From Candidatus Omnitrophota bacterium (lineage in GTDB: Bacteria; Omnitrophota; Gorgyraeia; Gygaellales; Profunditerraquicolaceae), in NCBI GenBank assembly GCA_028716965.1, contig JAQUOV010000004.1, forward strand, positions 140,298 to 204,297: a stretch of DNA of 64,000 bases, in the 5' to 3' direction. Below the pieces are notes generated by a model. It did not search any database, had not been told where the DNA came from, and worked only from the letters and a program-made list of their open reading frames with translations. Shown here piece by piece: positions 57,260 to 64,000 of the stretch (its first letter is position 1; every line of letters starts with the position of its first letter). A program made the translations under genes and the position numbers.

Positions 57260-58975
57260 ATGGAAAGAAAACATATCTTAAGGTTTTTGATTATTTTGAT
57301 GTTTGTTGCCTTGCTTGCCGGGTTATTGAACCTTGATTTGCTGCAGGGAGCCAAGTTCCGCAGGCTAAGCGATAGTAATTGTATCCGGCTGATAGCGCAG
57401 TCTGGCGCAAGAGGCAATATCCTGGACCGTCATGGCCAGGTTATTGTAGATAATAAGATTTCTTATGACGTCTTGATCCTGCCTCAAGAGTTAAACCAGC
57501 TTGACCGTATCCTTAGCGGGGTAAGCCGCATATTGGGGGTAGAAACTAAAGAGCTCAAGGATGCCTTTAGAAGCAACTATATTTCTTCAAGCATTCCGGT
57601 TACCGTAGCGGGCAATATTGACCTTAAGAAAGCGGTCTTGTTGGGGGAATATAAGATGGAGGAACCCAGTATTATTATCCAGCCCAGGCCGTTAAGGAAT
57701 TACCCGTACGGGGCATTGGCTTCTCATGTTATCGGGTACGTAAATGAGATTGACCGCTGGCGCTTAACTAAACTGGAAGATTACGGGTATAAGACTAAAG
57801 ATATTGTCGGCTTCGGCGGAGTGGAAGAAAAATATGATTATTATTTGCGGCAGGAGGAGGGCGGGTTATCGGTTGAGGTAAACCACCGGGGTAAATTCAT
57901 GCGCGTGCTGGGCTTTGAGCCGCCGGTAAATGGCAAAGATGTCCAGCTGACGCTGGACCTTAATATCCAGAAGATCGCCGAAGACAGCCTTGCCGCACGC
58001 AAGGGCAGCATAGTCTTGATGGACCCGCAAAGCGGCCAGGTCCTGGCTTTGGCTAATTATCCTAATTTTAACCCCGCGGTCTTTGTAAGCAAGCGTACCA
58101 GGCTTATTTCCGGGTTATTCAATAATCCCGATGCCCCGTTAATCAACCGGGCAACCTCATCCAGCTATCCTCCGGCGTCTGTTTTTAAGTTAGTCGTAGC
58201 CAGCGCAGCCCTGGAGCTAAAAAAGATAAATCTTTCTACCAGCTTCCTCTGCCGCGGATGGACTATGATCGGAGCAAGAAAATTTTCCTGTTGGGACGTG
58301 CACGGCGCGCAGGATATCGTTGCGGCCATCGCGCATTCCTGCGACGTATTTTTTTATAAGACAGGCCTGCTTACGGGGGCGCAAAATATTCATGATTATG
58401 CTTTGAAGTTGGGCTTAGGCAGAAGCCCGGGCTTTGAGCTTCCTTATGAGACAGCAGGGTTCATCCCCTCGCCCTTATGGAGGAAAATAAATAAATTCCA
58501 AAACTGGTTTGATGGAGATACTGCTAATTTAAGTATCGGCCAGGGTGATTGCCTGGTTAGCCCGTTGCAGGCGGCTGGTATGATGGCGGTGTTTGCTAAC
58601 GGCGGGTATTTACCCAGCCCGTATATTATTAAGGCGGTCGGGGGCTTGGATCTTTCGGCAAAGAAGAGAAAACTTTCCCGGGTTGATTTCAAGAAAAGCA
58701 CTTTTGAGATTATCTGCCGGGGCCTGCGCGCGGTGGTTGCTGATGCCAGGGGCACAGGGAATGTTTTAGCTGGGCTCGGGGTCAAGGTGGCCGGCAAAAC
58801 CGGCACTGCCCAGGTCTCGCGCGGCTCAACTCACGCCTGGTTCGTCGGGTTTTTCCCGTTTGATAATCCAAAATACGTGATTTGTGTTTTATTGGAGAAT
58901 GGCGGGCCCGGGCATGCTGCCTGTGTGGTTGCCAGGCAGGTCATAGAGGCGATGAATAAGCGCAATCTTATATGA
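57260..58975 (+). CDS. mrdA: Peptidoglycan D,D-transpeptidase MrdA (PBP2)
   Basis: PBP dimerisation and transpeptidase domains with SVFK, SCD and KTGT motifs. Follows mreD. Confidence 0.9.
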   Translation: MERKHILRFLIILMFVALLAGLLNLDLLQGAKFRRLSDSNCIRLIAQSGARGNILDRHGQVIVDNKISYDVLILPQELNQLDRILSGVSRILGVETKELKDAFRSNYISSSIPVTVAGNIDLKKAVLLGEYKMEEPSIIIQPRPLRNYPYGALASHVIGYVNEIDRWRLTKLEDYGYKTKDIVGFGGVEEKYDYYLRQEEGGLSVEVNHRGKFMRVLGFEPPVNGKDVQLTLDLNIQKIAEDSLAARKGSIVLMDPQSGQVLALANYPNFNPAVFVSKRTRLISGLFNNPDAPLINRATSSSYPPASVFKLVVASAALELKKINLSTSFLCRGWTMIGARKFSCWDVHGAQDIVAAIAHSCDVFFYKTGLLTGAQNIHDYALKLGLGRSPGFELPYETAGFIPSPLWRKINKFQNWFDGDTANLSIGQGDCLVSPLQAAGMMAVFANGGYLPSPYIIKAVGGLDLSAKKRKLSRVDFKKSTFEIICRGLRAVVADARGTGNVLAGLGVKVAGKTGTAQVSRGSTHAWFVGFFPFDNPKYVICVLLENGGPGHAACVVARQVIEAMNKRNLI

Positions 58976-60075
58976 GGAGCTCATTTCTTAGGATACTGGT
59001 CCTGGCGTTGATTATTTCAAGCCTGGGAGTTTTATCCATTTACAGCAGTACTTATCAAAAAGAAGGGACGCCCTGGCAGGATATCCATATGCGCCAGATG
59101 CTTTGGATATTGATCGGATTGATCTGTTTCTTTATCATGGCGCACCTTAATTATCGCAGGCTTTGGGACATTAACTATCTTATTTATGGGGTGGCGATAT
59201 TTTTCCTTTTACTGGTTTTTGGTTTAGGGATTATCAGGCTCGGCGCGCAGCGCTGGCTTAAGTTTGCCTGGTTCAATTTTCAGCCATCCGAGTTTGCGAA
59301 ACTGGCGGTAATCATATTCCTGGCGCGTTATTTCAGCCGTAAGTCAGCAGATGATATATCGCTTTTATCCGGGAAATTCGGCATCTTCAGGGGCATAATC
59401 CTGCCGTTCATTTTTGTGGCTGTCCCGATGTTCTTGATTATAGAGCAGCCGGATTTAGGCAGCGGATTGATGCTGCTTCTGGTTTTTGTTTCTTTGTTAT
59501 ACCTGACTAATGTCCGGTTAAAGTATATCATTGCCTTAATGTTCATTATTATGCTGCCGCTGCCTTTCTTCTGGCATTTCTTGCGTGATTATCAGAAGCA
59601 GAGGCTGCTTGTTTTCCTGAACCCGAACATTGACCCTTTAGGGGCAGGCTATACGGTAATACAATCGCGCATCGCCATAGGTTCCGGAGGCCTCTTAGGC
59701 AAAGGGTGGCTGTCCGGGACACAGAGCCAGCTGTTCTTTCTGCCGGAATCTCATACGGATTTTATCTTTGCTACTTTCTCCGAACAGTGGGGGTTTTTGG
59801 GCAGCAGCCTGCTTCTGCTTATGTATTATTTGATTATCCGCCAAGGTTTTATTATCGCCGGAAGGACGCAGGATTCATTCGGCAGGCTGCTTGCTTACGG
59901 GATATCCCTTTTATTGGCCTTACAGGTATTTATTAATATCGCCATGAATATGGGCTTGGCGCCGGTGGTCGGCCTGCCTTTGCCATTGATGAGCTATGGC
60001 GGTTCAAGCGTATTATCTACTTTCATCGCCCTGGGCATTTTAGTAAATATTGACCGAACGAGGAGCGTATTTTAG
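58972..60075 (+). CDS. rodA: Peptidoglycan glycosyltransferase RodA (SEDS family)
   Basis: Polytopic SEDS protein downstream of mrdA. Confidence 0.85.
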   Translation: MRSSFLRILVLALIISSLGVLSIYSSTYQKEGTPWQDIHMRQMLWILIGLICFFIMAHLNYRRLWDINYLIYGVAIFFLLLVFGLGIIRLGAQRWLKFAWFNFQPSEFAKLAVIIFLARYFSRKSADDISLLSGKFGIFRGIILPFIFVAVPMFLIIEQPDLGSGLMLLLVFVSLLYLTNVRLKYIIALMFIIMLPLPFFWHFLRDYQKQRLLVFLNPNIDPLGAGYTVIQSRIAIGSGGLLGKGWLSGTQSQLFFLPESHTDFIFATFSEQWGFLGSSLLLLMYYLIIRQGFIIAGRTQDSFGRLLAYGISLLLALQVFINIAMNMGLAPVVGLPLPLMSYGGSSVLSTFIALGILVNIDRTRSVF

Positions 60076-60077
60076 GC

Positions 60078-61862
60078 ATGAGCGAAGATATGTTATTAAA
60101 TGTGCATCGCCCGGCTCAATACCTGGGTAATGAGTGGAACGCCTGTAAAAAAGATTTTAATTCCTGCGCCGTAAGTTTCGCGCTGGGGTTCCCGGATTTA
60201 TATGAAATAGGGATGAGTAACCTGGGAGTGCGCATTATTTACGGTGTATTGAATAATATCCCTGATGTAATTTGCGAAAGGTTTTTCGCCCCGGAGGCGG
60301 ATATGGAGGCAGTTTTGAAGGCTGCCAATAGCCGTCTTTGTTCCTGGGAGTCAAAGCGGGAATTGGCCGGTTTTGATATCCTGGGTTTTTCTCTCGGTTC
60401 CGAATTAAACTATACCAATACCTTAAATATACTGGAATTAGCGGGTCTGCCGTTACAATCCTGCTTAAGGGATTGCCGGTATCCTTTGGTTATCGCCGGG
60501 GGGCCGTGCGCGCTTAACCCGGAACCGATGGCGGATTTTTTTGATTTGTTCATTATAGGGGAGGCCGAAGAGGCAAGTGTAGATATTTTGAATTTATACC
60601 GCAAATATAAAAATGATTATAAAAGCGGCAGGTTAACAAAGGCAGACCTCTTATCGGAGTTTTCCCAGATAGAGGGTGTTTATGCGCCTGCGCTTTACGC
60701 TGCGGAATATAATGATGCCGGAGAGTTGGCGGGATTTTTTCCAAAACCGCCTGGGCCCGACGGCCGGCCTGCGCGCAAGAGCCCGCCTTTAAAAATCAAA
60801 AAGCGCGTAATAGACGATCTTGATTCCGTTTATTTCCCCAGCAACTGGATGGTCCCTTATGTCCAGACTGTCCATGACCGTATTACCCTGGAGATCATGC
60901 GCGGTTGCCCTAACCGCTGCCGTTTTTGCCAGGCGAGGAGCCAGTATTATCCCCTAAGGATAAGGAGTAGAGAGAAGGTGGCCTCATTGGCTGCTTTGGC
61001 TTATGCCTCAAGCGGCTATGAAGAATTATCGCTGGCCGGTTTGTCGGTAAGCGATTACCCCGGTTTGGAAAAACTGGTTTCCAGCTTAACCTGTGCCTTT
61101 AAGGAACAGGCTGTTAATTTATCGCTGCCTTCGTTAAAAGCCAGGGCATTGTTAGGTAATGTCTCTACCCTGATTGCCAAAATAAAGAAGACCGGCTTGA
61201 CCTTTGCGCCTGAAGCCGGGACAGAAAGGCTGCGCCAGGTTTTAGCTAAGGATTTTTCGGAGGATGATTTTTTCAAAGCGGCAGAAGAGGCGTATCGCGC
61301 GGGTTATCAGCATCTGAAATTATATTTTCTTATCGGCTTGCCCGGAGAAACAGAATCGGATTTGGAAGGGATAATAAATTTTGCGCAAAACGCATCAGCG
61401 CTTAAGAAAAAGATTAAGGGGGGCGCAGCGCAGATTAATATCAGCGTGAACCCTCTCATCCCCAAGCCGCATACGCCTCTACAGTGGTTGAAGATGGAGC
61501 CTTTAGCTGCGATCAGGGAAAAGCAGGATTATTTAAGGTCCCATTGCAAAAATAAAAGGCTTAAATTCAACTTTCATAACCACGAGATGGGTTTTTTAGA
61601 AGGGGTGCTTTCCCGCGGGAACAGGTTGTTAAGCGCGGTTATATTGTCGGCTTATCAAAAAGGTGCCAGGTTTGACGCCTGGTCCGCTTCTTTTTCGTTC
61701 TCCAGGTGGCTGGATGCGTTTTCTGAACAGGGGATTGACCCGCAAAGGTATCTTAAGGGAAAATCTACTTCGGAAATGCTGCCCTGGGATTTTATTGATA
61801 CCGGGATTAAAAAAGAAGATCTGGCCGCGGAGTTTGATAAAACCTGTCATCCTGTTCTGTAA
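60078..61862 (+). CDS. B12-binding-domain radical SAM protein of unknown function (TIGR03960-like)
   Basis: CxxxCxxC radical SAM motif (CPNRCRFC) and an N-terminal B12-binding-like region. 594 aa. The start lies 3 nt after the rodA stop. Confidence 0.65.
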   Translation: MSEDMLLNVHRPAQYLGNEWNACKKDFNSCAVSFALGFPDLYEIGMSNLGVRIIYGVLNNIPDVICERFFAPEADMEAVLKAANSRLCSWESKRELAGFDILGFSLGSELNYTNTLNILELAGLPLQSCLRDCRYPLVIAGGPCALNPEPMADFFDLFIIGEAEEASVDILNLYRKYKNDYKSGRLTKADLLSEFSQIEGVYAPALYAAEYNDAGELAGFFPKPPGPDGRPARKSPPLKIKKRVIDDLDSVYFPSNWMVPYVQTVHDRITLEIMRGCPNRCRFCQARSQYYPLRIRSREKVASLAALAYASSGYEELSLAGLSVSDYPGLEKLVSSLTCAFKEQAVNLSLPSLKARALLGNVSTLIAKIKKTGLTFAPEAGTERLRQVLAKDFSEDDFFKAAEEAYRAGYQHLKLYFLIGLPGETESDLEGIINFAQNASALKKKIKGGAAQINISVNPLIPKPHTPLQWLKMEPLAAIREKQDYLRSHCKNKRLKFNFHNHEMGFLEGVLSRGNRLLSAVILSAYQKGARFDAWSASFSFSRWLDAFSEQGIDPQRYLKGKSTSEMLPWDFIDTGIKKEDLAAEFDKTCHPVL

Positions 61863-61870
61863 CAAATTTA

Positions 61871-61899
61871 TTGTCATTCGGGCACTTAAGGGGTATAAT
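61871..61899 (+). promoter_or_regulatory. Promoter upstream of the MshEN gene (TTGTCA-17-TATAAT)
   Basis: TTGTCA at 61871-61876, TATAAT at 61894-61899. Confidence 0.5.
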
Positions 61900-61937
61900 A
61901 AATTTATATATATTACTTTGTATAATAAATAAAATAT

Positions 61938-62387
61938 ATGGCTGTCAGGAAAATTAATAATAAGCAATTAGGGGAGTTGCTGCTTGAGCAGGGGATTATC
62001 AGCCAGGAGCAGTTGGGCCATGCCTTAGAGCTTCAAAGGGGCAAGGACATGCTGATAGGAGAGATCCTGGTTGAGCTGGGGTATGTGAAAGAGGATGATA
62101 TCGCCCAGTCTTTAACCGCGCAATATGGCTTTCCTTACCTGTCTTTAGGCAACTATGACGTAAGCCCGGAGATAACCAGCATTATCCCGGCAAGGGTGGC
62201 CAGGCAGTATTTACTTGTTCCGATTGATAAAATAGGGAATAACCTGACACTGGCTATGTCTAACCCCTTAAATGCGCAGGCTATTTATGATGTAGAGCTG
62301 CTTAGCAGCTGCAGCGTACAGGCATTTGTTTCCACCTCTTCTGATATCAAGAGGGCGATTGAGAAATACTATAAGAATAAAGAATAG
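61938..62387 (+). CDS. Stand-alone GspE-N / MshEN domain protein (putative c-di-GMP receptor)
   Basis: KQLGELLLEQGIISQEQLGHALELQ fits the MshEN c-di-GMP-binding motif (LGxxLLxxGhhxxxxLxxALxxQ). Confidence 0.6.
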   Translation: MAVRKINNKQLGELLLEQGIISQEQLGHALELQRGKDMLIGEILVELGYVKEDDIAQSLTAQYGFPYLSLGNYDVSPEITSIIPARVARQYLLVPIDKIGNNLTLAMSNPLNAQAIYDVELLSSCSVQAFVSTSSDIKRAIEKYYKNKE

Positions 62388-62417
62388 GGTAGTAAAGATC
62401 AGCGTAAGGGAGTAATT

Positions 62418-63488
62418 ATGGCTGTTCAAGGGAAAATACTTTTTATCTGCGATGACAAGTCTTATGTTATTGAAATCAAGGAGCAGCTGTCCAGGCTGGG
62501 AGATTATACTTTGATTGCAGAATCTACAGCGCAGGCAGGGGTGATCAGTTTAGAGCACCATATGTGCGACTTGGTTATTATAAGGTACGCCATCCCGGAA
62601 CTGGATATTCTTGCTGCGATAAGCGACCTGAAGAAGGTGGACCCTGATTGCGTGATTATTGTTTTGCTGGAGGTAGAGGTGGAGGGGCAGGCTAACCAGT
62701 TTGCGGAGATAGGGGTCTTTGAGACTTTGGGCTGGCCGGTTAAAACAGATAATCTGAAATTTGCGGTGGAGAAGGGGGTTAAACTGCATGCGTTATTGGC
62801 GGCTAACCGCAAGATAGTACTTGGGCTTAAAGAGAACAATAAGGCCCTGGAAAAACAGAATACGCTTTTGGCAAAAAGGATTGAAGATTCCACCGGTAAT
62901 TTAAGCAGACTTTATGAGGATTTGCGTTCCACATATATGCGTACTATCCGGGTATTGGCGCAGGCAATTGAAGCGCGGGATCATTATACGCACAGCCATT
63001 CTGAGACTGTTGCGCGTTATGCGGTGGCTATCGCCAACTACCTTAAGCTTCCGGCTAAAGATGTTGAGGTGATCCGCCAGGCTTGTGAGCTCCATGACCT
63101 GGGTAAAATAGGCATCGGGGACAGTATTTTGTTAAAAGCCTCCGCGCTTACCCCCGAAGAGTGGGAAGAGATAAAGAAGCATCCTATTATCGGAGCGCAG
63201 ATCCTGGAGCCGCTTACTTTTCTGGGCGGCGTAGTAGATTTGGTCAGGCAGCACCATGAACATTATGATGGTTCAGGTTATCCGGAAGGCAGGAAGGGCG
63301 AGGATATACTTTTGGGCGCGCGCATAATCCATGTGGCTGATTCTTACGAGGCCATGCGTTCGGCGCGTTCCTACAGGAAGATTCCCCTGATGAAGGAGGA
63401 GGCGATCCTGGAGATCAAGGTCAACAGCGGTACGCAGTTTGACCCCAAGATAGTTGATGCTTTCCTGCAGGTGGTGGATAACCTATAG
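62418..63488 (+). CDS. Response-regulator receiver - HD-GYP domain protein (c-di-GMP phosphodiesterase)
   Basis: N-terminal REC-like fold (CDD...D), then HD (HSHSETVARYAVA, HDLGK) and GYP (HHEHYDGSGYP) motifs. Confidence 0.8.
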   Translation: MAVQGKILFICDDKSYVIEIKEQLSRLGDYTLIAESTAQAGVISLEHHMCDLVIIRYAIPELDILAAISDLKKVDPDCVIIVLLEVEVEGQANQFAEIGVFETLGWPVKTDNLKFAVEKGVKLHALLAANRKIVLGLKENNKALEKQNTLLAKRIEDSTGNLSRLYEDLRSTYMRTIRVLAQAIEARDHYTHSHSETVARYAVAIANYLKLPAKDVEVIRQACELHDLGKIGIGDSILLKASALTPEEWEEIKKHPIIGAQILEPLTFLGGVVDLVRQHHEHYDGSGYPEGRKGEDILLGARIIHVADSYEAMRSARSYRKIPLMKEEAILEIKVNSGTQFDPKIVDAFLQVVDNL

Positions 63489-63571
63489 ATCAGCAGGCAA
63501 TTCAGGCCTTAAAGGCCTGTAAAGTTAACAACTTAAGGTTTAAGCAGAATATAAATATTCTAAAAAAACCC

Positions 63572-63599
63572 TTGACAAAATGTAGTTTTGTAATAGAAT
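63572..63599 (+). promoter_or_regulatory. Candidate promoter with A-rich UP element (TTGACA-16-TAGAAT)
   Basis: aaaaaaaccc-TTGACA at 63572-63577, TAGAAT at 63594-63599. Upstream of the rRNA leader. Confidence 0.45.
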
Positions 63600-63708
63600 A
63601 ACGTTTCCCTTCCAAAAGGGGCAAATTATTGTGAAAATAATTAAGACGCTGTTGACAATTTCCGGCAACTAACCACTATACGACAAATAGGGCGTAAAGA
63701 TAAATTTT

Positions 63709-63742
63709 GCGCCCCGACAGTTTGTCGGGGCGTATTTTTTTT
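63709..63742 (+). terminator. Intrinsic terminator
   Basis: GCGCCCCGACA-GTTT-GTCGGGGCG stem-loop followed by TATTTTTTTT. Confidence 0.7.
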
Positions 63743-63807
63743 GCCGCAGAAGCGGCACACTGGCGCAATTTCCAGTAGCGCCAGGTGGGAGCATAGATTT
63801 GGATCAC

Positions 63808-63823
63808 TGCTCTTTTGATAATT
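63808..63823 (+). promoter_or_regulatory. boxA-like antitermination element in the rRNA leader
   Basis: TGCTCTTTTGATAATT resembles the rrn boxA consensus TGCTCTTTAACAATTTA. Confidence 0.4.
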
Positions 63824-63977
63824 GAATTGCCAAGCGAGGCCAAGGTAATTCGCCGTAGAGGCGGCGCACTTGCGCAAATCAAATTAGCGCAAGGTGCGTT
63901 AAAGATTACTAAGGTCAATTTCATGAGGTTAGAAATTAAATAAATCACTAGAGCCTTCATACAAATTTCTCAAATTT

Positions 63978-64000
63978 TTTCGGAGAGTTTGATCCTGGCT
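63978..64000 (+). rRNA. rrs: 16S rRNA gene, 5' end (truncated by the window edge)
   Basis: AGAGTTTGATCCTGGCT at 63984-64000 is the universal 16S 5' (27F) sequence. The mature 5' end probably lies a few nt upstream. Confidence 0.85.

Noticed and set aside
63651-63680. Second TTGACA-based promoter (P2) before the terminator
   Set aside because: The -35 is perfect, but no acceptable -10 at 16-18 nt (ACTATA/CTATAC). Too weak to call.

Overview
This 64 kb window is a gene-dense, almost entirely plus-strand stretch of core bacterial chromosome with moderate GC, probably from an uncultivated lineage. It looks like conserved housekeeping DNA rather than a mobile island. Many neighbouring genes overlap by 4-8 nt, so long translationally coupled operons are likely.

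Contents in order:
- TPR protein, plsC, a lipoprotein-type alpha-acetolactate decarboxylase homolog, an AsmA-like protein, arfB, a 41-aa micro-ORF, rpsO-pnp, ftsK, rodZ, rimO, pgsA, pgpA.
- On the minus strand, thpR and cinA/pncC.
- A clear FMN riboswitch plus terminator, then ribBA-ribH-nusB-(PHP phosphatase)-ribD-ribE.
- tRNA-Pro(CGG) flanked by structured RNA, then acyP, ligA, an MBL hydrolase, a Xer recombinase, CCA-adding enzyme, rbfA, nrnA, ribF.
- A complete dcw cluster, mraZ-rsmH-ftsL-ftsI-murE-murF-mraY-murD-ftsW-murG-[HExxH protein]-murC-murB-ddl-ftsQ-ftsA. The cluster ends at ftsA with no ftsZ and is followed directly by yggS-proC.
- mtnP, ileS, a dksA/traR-like gene, lspA, lgt, rluD, a coiled-coil membrane protein, aroA.
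- mreB-mreC-mreD-mrdA-rodA, a B12-binding radical SAM protein, an MshEN (c-di-GMP receptor) domain protein, a REC-HD-GYP phosphodiesterase, and the 5' end of a 16S rRNA gene.

Features worth a second look:
- A dispersed family of conserved GC-rich hairpin elements (CACTKGCGC-11 nt loop-GCGCMAGGTGCG) with compensatory stem changes, one copy sitting inside the FMN riboswitch.
- A 46-bp tandem hairpin array between mreB and mreC.
- Three phased AGTGGA repeats between the promoter and mraZ.
- The missing ftsZ.
- The PHP phosphatase embedded in the riboflavin operon.
- A secreted HExxH protein inserted in the dcw cluster.
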